NCBI RefSeq assembly: GCF_018350175.1
Contig: NC_058368.1
Location: forward strand, 156,304,001-156,368,000
DNA from: Felis catus
Lineage: Eukaryota
Reading direction: 5' to 3'
DNA length: 64,000 nucleotides
The translations under genes were made by a program, and so were the position numbers. A model generated the notes under the pieces. It did not search any database, had not been told where the DNA came from, and was given only the letters and a program-made list of their open reading frames with translations. Shown here in pieces: positions 47,931 to 60,214 of the stretch; within the stretch, counting starts at the first letter, position 1, and the number at the start of each line of letters is the position of its first letter.

Positions 47931-48676
47931 GAGTGAACTCTTGCTTGTTTAACTTTATATCTTATGCTTCTACTAAGTAATTAATACAAAGTTCCTAGTG
48001 TACTTAAAGCAGGTTTGACTTTATCCCCCATAGCTAGCCAACATAGACGGTCTATCCATTCTTTTTTCCCTGAACATGGCCCCTCTTGTCCATCTTGTTT
48101 CCTTAAGGGTGGCTTTATCCATAAAAGTAGCATCTCCAGTGCACTTGTTCCTTGTATGGTACTGGATACATGGAATATCTCCATAAGTCCTCTTAGCCTG
48201 CCATTTCTTCCTCACCAGAGTCATTCTGCTGCAACTTCACTTGCTCCCTCTTCTGCTAAATTTACCATCAAAAAGACTGAGTGTGACTGCTCCTTTCCCA
48301 AGTAATGCCATTGGAATAACAGCATACCTTAGGTCTCACCACTGGAGACCTATACACACTGGAGTCAAATACACACAAGCACACATATTTTGTATCTTTA
48401 AAGGAAGAGGCAGGAATGGACACTACATCTTTAAGAAAAAAATTCCAAAGGCCAGCTGCATGAAATTAAAAAAGGCCTAATTTGGCTCTTAGGCCAAGAG
48501 GGTACAGAATTCCTAAATTTCACTTGATGTTACTGCATTCAGAGCCAAACAGTAATCTACTCACTCAGTATGAATACAGTGATTTGTATATACCTTTTGT
48601 GATACTGGTTAAAACAGAGATCCAACCCTTTGACCCTTTTTCACTTATTTGCTTTCCCTGTTAAACGCTTTAGGTA

Positions 48677-48896
48677 GGGGGGCGCCTGGGTGGCGCAGTC
48701 GGTTAGGCGTCCGACTTCAGCCAGGTCACGATCTCGCGGTCCGTGAGTTCGAGCCCCGCGTCAGGCTCTGGGCTGATGGCTCAGAGCCTGGAGCCTGTTT
48801 CCGATTCTGTGTCTCCCTCTCTCTCTGCCCCTCCCCCGTTCATGCTCTGTCTCTCTCTGTCCCAGAAAAAAATAAATAAACGTTGAAAAAAAAAAA
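48677..48896 (+). mobile_element. Young Can-SINE (SINEC_Fc) with TSD
   Basis: Near-consensus and CpG-rich; aaac(g/a)ctttaggtagg on both sides. Confidence 0.95.
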
Positions 48897-50544
48897 AAAC
48901 ACTTTAGGTAGGAGAAACCATGAAAATCTTAAAACTCTTGACAAAGCAGCAATATTGATTGTATTTAAGACTTGGTATATCCTTTCCAGAAAAGGGAAGT
49001 TTAGAAGTGATTTTCTTTAGTAGATTTAAAATCAAAAGAGAGGTAGGTTTAAAATCAAAATAGTTCGCTAGAATAACATTAAGAAACTTTAGTTTTCAGT
49101 TTTCAGTTACTTACTGGTTGCCTTGAAAGGATGAAGAATATTCACTGGCATGGAAAAATGAACATGATAATATTTTAAATAAAACTTAAAATACAGAACT
49201 ATATCATCTCAGTTTTGTTTATATATATATGTTATTTTTTCACATACATAAACTTTTAAGTAAATCCTTTATCTTAATTATTAGCATACAACTTAAAGGA
49301 TGCATTATGGTTGATCATAAAATCAATGTAATCAGAGGATCAGACGTTTATGCTTATTTTCCTACCACAAACTTTGTTGAGCATCCCTGCCCATTTTTTT
49401 GCAGCACTTTATTCTTTGACTCAGTGGTTTACACCCTGGTTTTTTATCCTCCCTCCTGAACCAGACCTTTGCATTCAACTGTATTCCTGCCTCTACTTCT
49501 CCCTGACTTCTCTTTTCTATACACTCGGTCATATTCTTCAGTTATGTTCTAGCTATGTGTCATTGTAAAGAATTCATAGACCCTAAAAAGCTAGTACATA
49601 ATAAAATGTTCTTAATTATGATGAGTGCTATAGGTTTATTTGCATTTCCAACCAACACCAACTGCACAGGAATTTCAGGCATCAGGGATAGGCCCATGTG
49701 GGAGATATTTTGGGAAAGTCCACACCACAGAGACAGTTGCTTTCTCTGCATAAATGCCAGCTCTGTTCACAATCATTATCTGCTTAGTTGTGTGTATTAT
49801 ATGGTTCAAGGTAAGTAACTATTTTTTTAAATACTTACTATGTTTAAAAAAATTATTACAAAAGTATTTTCTTGTAACTAAGAATCTAGTGTGTAATTTT
49901 TCACTTTTTGACGGTAAAGATAAAACCTTTAACTTTAAATAAATGCTCTCTGTTTTCTCTTCTTTTTGTTGTGTTAGGATAGTAGCTTCTGTGTGAATGC
50001 TTGAAGGACCACTCCCTACAAGTTCTAGAAAAAGCTATCATTTCCTTAGAAATACCAATGATAGAATTATATTGCAGCATGTTTACTTACTTCCTTGCGC
50101 TGGAAGACATCTGGCAGTTAGCCCTTGATCCTCCGTACCCCAGAACATATCACCCACATAATAAAACTTGACCCTTCTTATAAGGACTTTGAATTATTTG
50201 AGTCATTAGTAGTTATTAAACCAGTATTATATAATCCTCTCTTCGGGCTTATTGGCATATCAGGCTGTTGTTTCTTGTTTTCTTAATCCTGCAGGGTCAT
50301 AGGAAGAATCATTAAACCACTGATTTAATAAATATAAATAACACTACTCATGTATCTATAAATGTCTTTTTCTATGTATACAAATATCAATTTTTTCATG
50401 TATCTGTATGAATTATATCAGTGATCCAGCCCATAAGTTTGTCATAGGATTATAGTATTAAAAAGCATTGCTAAATCTATTGTAAACTGTTACTTAAACT
50501 AGAACACTTGCTAATAGGATGCTACTCGATTAGGTTAATGGAAT

Positions 50545-50763
50545 TTATTTTTATTTTTTTTTAATGTTTGTTTATTTTCAGAGAGAGAGAGAGAAGGAGG
50601 GAAGGGGGGAGAGAGAAAGAGAGGGGAGAGAGAATTCCAAGCAGGCTCTGTGTTGTCAGTGTGGAGCCTGATGCGGGGCTGGAACTAACAAACCCCATGA
50701 GACCATGACCTGAGCCAAAATTGAGTCTGGATGCTCCATCGACTGAGCCACCCTGGTGCCCCC
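50545..50763 (-). mobile_element. Can-SINE
   Basis: Ends gactgagccaccctggtgccccc; ggaattt repeat on both flanks. Confidence 0.9.
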
Positions 50764-51235
50764 GGAATTTGTTTTTAAAAAATTGTGCTAGTTAGTTTGT
50801 GCCATCACTAGGATTCACACTTCTGTGAAAGTTTAGCTAATAGCCCAGTTTTTCTGATAAACTTGTAAATAAGTGCCCTGTATTTTTATTTGTTTTTTAA
50901 CATTAGTATTTGCATAATGTTTGAATCAGGACATGCTGTTATTTCACACTTCCCTTCTTCTTGTTTAGTTTCAGTTTCATTTTTAATTGTTTTTCGGAGG
51001 AAAGAAATTGCTTTAAAAGAGCTTTCCTGATTTCTATTAAGTAGTTGGCCCTGTTTTCATTTTACTGTGGACTCTTGCTGTGATAGAAAATGCTGTTAAA
51101 TATACAAAATGGATGTATTTATTCCACTGCAAACAAAGTATGATTTAAGATGAAAAGTTTGCATGATGCACATCCAAGTCATTTAATAATTTATACATCA
51201 AAATATGCGAAAATGCCAATAATCATAAACATTCC

Positions 51236-51430
51236 GGGGCCCCTGGGTGACTCCGTCAGTAGAGCACTGGACTCTTGATTTTGGCCCTGGTGATGATCTC
51301 ATGGTTGTGGCATGGAGCCGAGCGTCTGGCTCCATGCGGAGTGTGGAGCTTGCTTGGGATTCTCTCTCTCTTCTCTGCCCTTCTCCCAAACTTGCATGCT
51401 GTCTCTTTCTCTAAATAAACATTAAAAAAA
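51236..51430 (+). mobile_element. Can-SINE
   Basis: Head and tail; aataat(c/a)ataaacattcc repeat on both flanks. Confidence 0.9.
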
Positions 51431-51994
51431 TAATAATAAACATTCCAATTATAGAATAGCTGTTAATTAACTTGATCGAAAAAAGGAATATAGTATTTTT
51501 TCCCCCTTGTAGTTCTATATAACATCTAGTTCTCAGGAAGCAGAAGAATAAAATTTAAAGGACAATCTTTAAATAGAACATTCTGGATAATAATGTTACA
51601 GTGATTTTGTATTCATTGCTTTCTGTATGTATATTCTGATTATTTAACAGTCTATATATGTCAATATTTTAGAAAAGCCAGATGAGCAAAATTTTAGGTT
51701 TTTAAAGCTAATCAGCCTCTCTTTTGGCAACATTTCTTCGAATAGCCTACTAAATAGCTTTTTGAATATTTAAAATACATAAACAAAATAAATGTAGTAG
51801 GTAATATAAATATGACTAAAACACTTGTGTTCCTCTGATAAAAGTGGCTCTCAAGAAATATAAAAAGTTAGATTGCTTTTCCACTAGAATACCGAGATGA
51901 TCTTCACCAGTATTTTGAATCTCACTTACCTAATATTTGTTAAAGGACCTACCATTTTCTTTTTGTTTGTTTTAATTCTTTTTTATTATTCTTT

Positions 51995-52200
51995 GGGGGG
52001 GCACCTGAGTGGTTCAGTTGGTTAAGCATCTGACTTTGGCTCACGTCATGCTCTCTTGGTCCATGAGTTAGAGCCCTGTGCCTGGCTCTGCCCTCACAGC
52101 TCAGAACCTGGAGCCTGCTTGGGATTTTGTGTCTCCCTCTGTGCCCTTCCCCTGCTCTTTCTCTCTCTCTGTTTCTAAAATAAACATTAAAAAAAAAAAG
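51995..52200 (+). mobile_element. Can-SINE flanked by a ~100-bp direct repeat
   Basis: Head, body and A tail; see findings. Confidence 0.9.
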
Positions 52201-52254
52201 AAAATATCAAGATGATCTTCACTGGTGTGTTGAATTTCACTTACCTAGTATTTC

Positions 52255-52486
52255 TTTTTTTTTTTTTAGTTTTTTTTTTTTTTTAACATCTATTTATTTT
52301 TGAGAGACAGAGAGAGAGACCACAAGCAGGGGAGGAGCAGAGAGAGAGGGAGGTGCAGAATCCAAACCAGGCTCCAGGCTTCAAGCTGCCAGCACAGAGC
52401 TCAACGCGGGGCTCGAACTCACGGATCGTGAGATCATGACCTGAGCTGAAGTTGGCCACTCAACCAACTGAGCCACCCGGACACCC
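52255..52486 (-). mobile_element. Can-SINE with TSD
   Basis: TSD cacttacctagtatttc at 52238-52254 and 52487-52503. Confidence 0.92.
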
Positions 52487-52521
52487 CACTTACCTAGTAT
52501 TTCTTAAAGGACCTACCATTT

Positions 52522-52775
52522 TCTTTTTTGCTTGTTTTTTTAATTGTTTTTTTAATTGTTTTTTAATATTTTATTTAAATTTCAGTTAACACAGTGTAAT
52601 ATTGGTTTCAGGTGTACAGTATAATGATTTAGCACTTCCTTACAACACCTGATGTTCATCACAAGTGCGCTCCTTATTCCCTATCACCTATTTAATCCAT
52701 CCCCCACCCCTTTCCCCTGTGGTAACCATCATTTTGTTCTGTATAGTTAAGAGTCTGTTTTTTGGTATGCCTCCT

Positions 52776-52806
<31 letters not shown>

Positions 52807-54039
52807 TTTTTTTTACTTTGCTCATTTTTGTTTCTTAAATTACATCGATGAGTGAAATCATATGATATTTGTTGGTCTCTGACTTATTTCACTTAGCATA
52901 GTACTCTCTAGCTCCACCTATGTCGTTGCAAATGGCAAGATTTCATTCTTTTTTACGGCCGAGTAATATTCCATTGTATGTATACCACATCTTTATCCAT
53001 TCATCAGTCTGTGTACACTTGGGCTGTTTCCATAATTTGGCTATTATATACAATGCTGCTATAAACATTGGGGTACATTTATCCCCCCCAAAAATTAGTA
53101 TATATATTTTTTTATTCTTCAGGTAAATATCTACTATTGCAATTGCTGGATCATAGGGTAGGTCTATTTTTTACTTTTTGAGGAACCTCTATACTGTTGT
53201 CCAGAGTGACTGCACCAGTTTGCATTCTCACCAACAGTGCAAGAGGGTTCTGCTTTCTCGACATCCTCACCAACAGCTGTTGTTTCTCATATTGTTGATT
53301 TTAGCCATTCTGTCCCGTGTGAGGTGATATAGTTTTGATTTGTATTTCCTTAATGATCAGTGATGTTGAGCCTCTTTTCATGTGTCTCTTGGCCATCTGG
53401 ATGTGTTCTTTAGGAAAATGTCTATCATGTCTTCTGCCCATTTTCTAATTAGATTATTTGGGTTTTTTTGCATGTTGAGTTCTATAAATTCTTTATATAT
53501 TTTGGATACTAACCGTTTATCAGATATTTCATTTGCAAATGTCTTCTCCCGTTCCTAAATTGCCTTAGTTTTATTGATTGTTTACTTTTCTGTGCAGAAG
53601 CTTATTTTGATGAAGTCCCAATATTTTATTTTTGCTTTTGTCCCTTGCCTCGGGAGACCTATCTAGAAAAAGGTTACTGCCTCTCTTCTCCTCTAGGGTG
53701 TTTATAGTTTCAGGTCTCACATTTAGGTCTTTCATCCATGCTGAATTTATTTTTGTGTCCTGTGTCAGAAAATGTTCTGGTTTCATTCTTTTGCATGTTG
53801 CTGTCCAGTTTTCCCAGCATCATTTGTTGAAGTGACCATCTTTTTCCCATTGGATATTCTTTCCTGGTTTGTCAGAGATTAGTTGACCATATATTTGTTG
53901 ATTCATTTCTGACTTTCTAGTCTGTTCCATTGATGTGTCTATTTTTGTGCCAGTACTATACTGTTTTGATCACTACAGCTTTGTAATATAACTTAAGTCG
54001 GGAACTGTGAAGCCTCCAGCTTTGCTTCCTTTTTCAAGG
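52522..54039 (-). mobile_element. 5'-truncated carnivore L1
   Basis: ORF2 remnant [31 protein letters not shown] aggaccta(c/t)cattt at 52508-52521 and 54040-54053. Confidence 0.92.
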
Positions 54040-54526
54040 AGGACCTATCATTTTTTAAAGGAAATTTGCCTGAAGGATTTATTTATATCCATAGAATTAA
54101 TAGAAGCAGCATTTCTCCCTACTTGTGGTCATATGCCTTGTAATACACTTGTGGCTTTATTCTACATGTGTTAATGTGTTCTGCATCAAACTGAGTCATT
54201 GTTTCAAGCAGCAGAGCATATTCTTTGTAAAGTTTTTATATATTACCAGTCTATATAAGTGGATATTATCACTCAGCAGCTATGTCATATATCCCATAAA
54301 CATGGTTAAAGAGATTTATAAGGAGGTCCTTCTGCAAGAAGCCACTTATAATTTACTTAGTGTTGGTTGTATTTTCATGAGTGGTTTTTCATATGATAAC
54401 AAGCCCTGTTTTGTGCATTTTACAATTTTGTACCAGAACCTTTTAAGTTTAAAAAAAATGTTTCATTGAGGAACCTTATCCTTAGAGACACGTTCTTTAT
54501 GTTAAGTATCTTGATTTTTAGGATTT

Positions 54527-54743
54527 AAAAATTTTTTTTTTAACGTTTATTTATTTTTGGGACAGAGAGAGACAGAGCATGAACGGGGGAGGGGCAGAGA
54601 GAGAGGGAGACACAGAATCGGAAACAGGCTCCAGGCTCTGAGCCATCAGCCCAGAGCCTGACGCGGGGCTCAAACTCACGGACCGCGAGATCGTGACCTG
54701 GCTGAAGTCGGACGCTTAACCGACTGCGCCACCCAGGCGCCCC
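54527..54743 (-). mobile_element. Young Can-SINE (SINEC_Fc)
   Basis: Near-consensus; gattttt(t)aggattt on both flanks. Confidence 0.95.
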
Positions 54744-55656
54744 GATTTTTAGGATTTTAAAGGGTTAATGCATTACATCCCTTTCCCTCTTTTGGAACCA
54801 CTAGAGAAATAAGAAAATTCATTATTTTGGGGCCAAAATACCAGCTTTTTTACTGATTAAAAATTGGTTTGGAAGAGTTAGCTTTGTGTAACTCAAGTGT
54901 GCTTCTTAATACATAATCTCAGAATTCATTTACCCACCACACTGCAGGATTACTACTGGCAGTTTCTTGGGACATGTCAGAAAGCATTAATAGGAACTTG
55001 TCTTTGCAAGAGGATGGTCCAGCAAAGCATACATATCCAGTTAGTTCTCTCAGGTAACTTCTCCTCCCAAAGCAAGGAGTGATGAAGGGTAGAGAGAAAC
55101 CAGGCTTATTTCCAGCTGAAGTTCTTCCTCTTAGAAACCTTAAGCAAAGAAAATGAAGCTTCACTCATAACCCTGAATAGTGCTTTTAATTGTTCACAGT
55201 GAGACTTTCTTTCAGGTTTTACTCAAGAATGAATCTCAACTTTTACTTAAATACATATATGTATGTATAGTTCATATATATTTAGTATCTATATATGTTT
55301 GGTCTTTGACAGTAGACTTTCTATAAAGAACACTTGTGTTTATACTCGTCTTGTTCTATGTAACACTTGTCACCAGCTGTCTGTTACTATTCCCGGCCTC
55401 AAACAGGTATAATTTTTTAGTTTCCTTTTAATTGTCTTTAAAGGGTCAGCTGCTTTTGCTCTACGGCATTAATTAAACACTAATTTAGAGCCATAGTGAC
55501 ATAATTGTTAGAGAAATGAAAAATTACCAATTTCTCTAGTCCCTGCTTTCTTCATCTATAAAGAGAAAGTAGATTTTCTATATGATACTATCTAGTTCTG
55601 AAGTTCCGATGTCATGTAAACAAACAAAATTCTGTATTCTAATTAAAAATACTGTG

Positions 55657-55865
55657 AGGGCGCCTGAGTGTCTCAGCAGGTAAAGCATCTGACTCTTGAT
55701 CTCAGCTAAGGTCTCAGAGTTTCTGAGTTCAAGCCCCACGTTGGTCTCAGTGCTGGCAGCACGGAGCCTGCCTGGGATCCTCTCTCTCCCTGACCCTTCC
55801 CTGCTTGTTCTCTCTCTCTCTCTCTCTCTCTCTCAAAATAAGTAAATTAACTTTTTTAAAAAAAC
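55657..55865 (+). mobile_element. Can-SINE
   Basis: Head and CT tract; aaaatac(t/a)gtgagg on both flanks. Confidence 0.88.
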
Positions 55866-55987
55866 ATTTAAATAAAAATACAGTGAGGTGGTAATCTTTT
55901 TTGCTTAATAAATGTGCCTCTTCAAAAACAAAATGTTTTATGAATAACATTTAAATGTAGATTAAGGTTCCTATTAAAATAAATTTG

Positions 55988-56195
55988 AGGGGCGCCTGAG
56001 TGGCTCAGTTGGTTAAGCGTCCGACTTCGGCCCAGGTCATGACCTCACAGTTGGTGACTTCGAGCCCCACATCGGGCTCTGTGCTGATGGCTCAGAGCCT
56101 GGAGCCTGCTTCAGATTCTGTGTCTCCCTCTCTCTCTGCCCCTCCCCTGCTCTGTCTCTCTCTCTCTCAAAAATAAATAAACATAAAAAAAAATA
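55988..56195 (+). mobile_element. Can-SINE (SINEC_Fc)
   Basis: Near-consensus; taaaataaa(t/c)ttga on both flanks. Confidence 0.92.
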
Positions 56196-56843
56196 AAATA
56201 AACTTGAAAACTGATTTTTTTTTTCAGTTTATTTTGTAGGTGATGAAACTAACATATAGCAGAGTTAAGAAATGTATATTGGGAATAGAATCCAGGTTCA
56301 TTATATGTACCTACTATACTAAGTTACTTGGTGTAAATGATGTGGGACCATAAGTTTTATCATCTCTACTTACTTACACATACTCTCAATATATATCCAT
56401 AAGCACCTTAAAAATTGTTATAAGGTAAGATTAGGTTTCATTGTCCATATTGTACTTGTTGCATAAGACCTTAACAAAAAGAGTGCTTTTAAAACGAAGC
56501 TAGTATTATTATACTAATATTGCTTAAATATCGCCTTCTGAAGAATTGTATTCATTCATCAGTGTTTTAGTGTCAAGTGATGTTCTGATGGAAACTTTCA
56601 GTGTTCAAGAGAGAAAAAATAAAATCTATTTACAGTTGTATTTTGAGAAGATAACTTTATAAACCAATTTCTATTGAACATAAGCAATCTTAACAGTGGT
56701 ATTGACAATATAGCCTTAGATGTTTAATTCTTTTTATGTTTAAGTTTTATTTTTTTTATTTTTGCACTCATAGTTAAAAAAATAATGTCAATCCTGTGAA
56801 TAATATCTTTAACATATTTTATCTTTATGTGTATATATGTTAG

Positions 56844-56957
56844 ATGGAAGATGGTGCTCCAAAGCATATCATCCAAATGACGGGATTTAAGATGGAAGAA
56901 AAGGAAGCTCTAGGCAAATTGCTTTTAAAACTAGATTGCACTTTTATTAAGAGTGAG
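56844..56957 (+). CDS. SLF1: SLF1 (SMC5-SMC6 complex localization factor 1, ANKRD32) first coding exon, start of the BRCT region
   Basis: ttag|ATG; MEDGAPKHIIQMTGFKMEEKEALGKLLLKLDCTFIKSE; donor gag|gtgagt; 114 nt, phase 0; matches the recalled SLF1 N-terminus. Confidence 0.95.
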
Positions 56958-57117
56958 GTGAGTACAGAAACTTACCAACTATTTAAAATAGAATTGAAAA
57001 ATAATATTGGCCTAAGAATGACAAAATGTCCTCCTGATATTACAAGAATAAAATAAATGTGCTATAAAGGAAATCTTACCTTAGTAACGTTTCTTCACTT
57101 GGATTTTTTTCTTCCAG

Positions 57118-57193
57118 AAATACAAAAATTGTACACATCTTATAGCTGAACGCTTGTGTAAAAGTGAAAAGTTTTTAGCAGCTTGTGCAGCAG
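57118..57193 (+). CDS. SLF1: SLF1 second coding exon
   Basis: ttttcttccag| KYKNCTHLIAERLCKSEKFLAACAA g|gtaaat; BRCT THLI...SEKFLAA motif; 76 nt, in frame. Confidence 0.95.
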
Positions 57194-58332
57194 GTAAATT
57201 AATTACTTTCCTCCTTGAATGAAAATCTTCATGTGAAAAAAGAAGTACCTTCATCACCAAAATATAGTATGCTTATTATATCAAATAAATGTGGTTTTTC
57301 CTGATATTTTTCTGAAAATATGTTATAATATTTTTTTGTTTTATTTTTCTAAGGAAAACTTTGTAACACACGAAACTGTATCAAAGAGGCATAAATCCTT
57401 AACTTTACCAAAGACTTAGTGTCTTACATAAATGTTTTATGTCAGAAAAAAAAAAAAATTAACAAAAAAGATAGGCACAAAATGCCAAAAAAAAAAAAAA
57501 AGAAAAGCTTTTCTTGAAGCTTCAGTGAACTGTTCTAGTCAAGTTTTCTTTGATCTGTCGTTGAAAAGAGACTTTGTTCTCCTTCTACTGCCTCTGTTCC
57601 CACCCATGCTATGAAGCAATGATCATGCTGTTTTGTTTTTCTAAGATTTTAATTCCGTAAGTCCAATTTGGGATTTAGTGTCCTCCCTTCTATCTTTGTC
57701 ATCCTTGATGTTCCTTTTATTGTTTCTTTTACTGTGATTGATCTGGCATGTCATCAGTCCACTAATTTTCAGAAAAAAATTATATATAATGCCAGTAAAT
57801 TTATTATTTTTTAGAGTAACTCACCAAAAGGATACTTGGATTTATTTTTATATCTGAAAATGAAAACCTATACTGTCCATGCTGTTGAAAACAATTATTG
57901 ATGCCCAGTTAAAGAAGGTGCAAGAGTGTTTGTAAATTTCTTTTACAAAATGTAACATTGCTGTAAACATCATTGCAAAAGTTATTAGCATAGGAGGAAA
58001 AATATAAATCTCAGCCAAATTGGTGAATAGTAATAGTAGACATAATTTAAGTAATACCACACGTATTTTATTAAGCCTTGGGTTTGTATTTTCTTCAGTA
58101 ATGTTTTTAGACTTAGAATTATTATGGGAAAAATTACATACAATGTTCAGTGACATTGTAACCCTCTACCAAAAATTTGGGGAAACAAACATAATTCAAA
58201 GATCGTGTTGGCAACATAGCCTAAAGGTCTCATGTTGGAAAAGGTCAAACTTTATTTGATATTTAGTCCTTATTGTTTACCATTCATTAGAACCAAAATT
58301 ATTTTGTGACTGACAGTTGATTTGCTTTCTAG

Positions 58333-58573
58333 GAAAGTGGGTACTAACTAAGGACTACATAATTCATAGTGCCAAAAGTGGCAGATGGCTTGATGAAACA
58401 ACTTATGAATGGGGCTATAAAATTGAAAAAGACTCTCATTATTCGCCTCAAATGCAATCTGCACCTAAAAGATGGCGTGAAGAGCTGAAACGCACTGGTG
58501 CTCCAGGAGCCTTCCATAGATGGAAAGTTGTCCTCCTTGTTAGAGCTGATAAACGAAGTGATTCTCTTGTAAG
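58333..58573 (+). CDS. SLF1: SLF1 third coding exon (gene continues beyond the window)
   Basis: tttgctttctag| (G)KWVLTKDYIIHSAKSGRWLDETTYEWG...DKRSDSLV ag|gtaaga; 241 nt, frame continuous. Confidence 0.95.
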
Positions 58574-59074
58574 GTAAGATGAGTTCAATCTCATGAAAGC
58601 TAAAGCAATGAACAAAAAAAAACAATTTTGGTTTGCATGAATACCTTTTTGAATTTCTTTGAAATTTGTGATTTAGTCCAATTGAGCCATGATGATTTAC
58701 TCTTTAAACTCAGAGTTAAGTCATTCTGTACATTTAAGTATATGTGTCTACTAGAACAAAATCTATTTTATAGTATTGATTTAGATTACTCTTGGGGTTT
58801 CTGTTTAACTTTCCATGTTATTTGTTTTGGGTAACTCAAGCAAAATGAAACTTAAAAGATTTTGATTTTAGTTTTTAAGAAATTTAAATTTTTATAAGTA
58901 TTACCGAGGCTTTTTCTGGGTCTATATAGTGCAGGCTTCATGGTTCATACTGTTTCCTTTGTTTCTTCCTGTTTTTTACATCGTATTTTTAAAAGTCTTC
59001 TGAGTAAACTGTATTCTGGGACTGTGATAACTATTAGGGGTGATGCAAGGGCCTTTTGTCACCTGTACAGAAGT

Positions 59075-60200
59075 TTTATTTATAGGTAAGTAAAATGTAT
59101 ACATTTTAAGTATACATTTTGATGAATTTGGACAAATTTATATACCCATGTTTCCCCCCCCCCACACCCACACTACTGTCAAGATCTGTAACAATTATGT
59201 AATTCTACAATGTTCCCTTGTGTCATTGCACATTTAATTTTGCCCCACCAATGTAAGACAACCATTAACTTCCTTTGTGTCACCCACCACACATTAAATT
59301 TGTCTTTTTTTTTTTTTTTTAAGTTCATGTGAATGGAATTCTGTATATACTCCTTTGATATAGTTTCATTTGCTTAACTCATTATTTTTGAGATTCATCC
59401 AGGTTATTGTATCATCCAGGTTCATTACTTTTTGTTGCTTAGTAGTATTTCACTTAGCAGATGTATTGCTGTTTATTCACCCATTGATAGACATTTGTTT
59501 TTTGTCTTTGTTTTTGTTTTTTTTCATTTGTGCTAATATAAACAAAGCTGCCATGAACATTTGAGTACAAGTCTTCATGTATATTTGTTTTTATCTCTCT
59601 TGGGTAAATACCAAGAATGAAATTGCTGACTGAGATGGCAGTTGTATATTTAACATTATAGGAAAATGCCAAAGTATTTTCTGAAGTTGTGTAAGATTTC
59701 AGTTGCTGTGCAATTACTTTGACACTGTTGTCCAAATATCACTTGACTGTAGTTGTGTATTTCTGGGCTTTTTACTCCACTGGTGTCTGTGTCTGCCTTA
59801 TACCAAAAACACACAGTTTTGGTTCCTGTAGCTTTATAATGAGTCATGAAGTCAGGTGGAGCGAGTCCTCCAAATTTGTCTTACTCAAAATGTTTTTGGT
59901 GATTCTGGAATATTTGTTTCCTTATATATTTTAGAACCACCTTGTCAATTCCTACAAAACAAACAAACAAACAAACAAAAACAGCTGGGATTCTGATTAG
60001 GATTTTATTGGATCTATAGGTCAAATTGGGAAGAATTGAGATCTTAACAATACTGAGTTGTCCTACCTATATACACCATATCTCTCCAAGTCTTTGATTC
60101 TGTCATTAAGGTATTACAGTTTTCATGATATAAATATTGAACATATGCTGTTGCATCTGTTGAGATAATCAGCATTTTTCCTCTACTCTGTTAATACGGT
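59075..60200 (-). mobile_element. Old L1 (L1M-type) 3' end and ORF2 fragments
   Basis: ILGIYPREIKTNIHEDLYSNVHGSF and THYKATGTKTVCFWYK remnants. Confidence 0.8.
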
Positions 60201-60214
60201 AAATTATTTTGATT

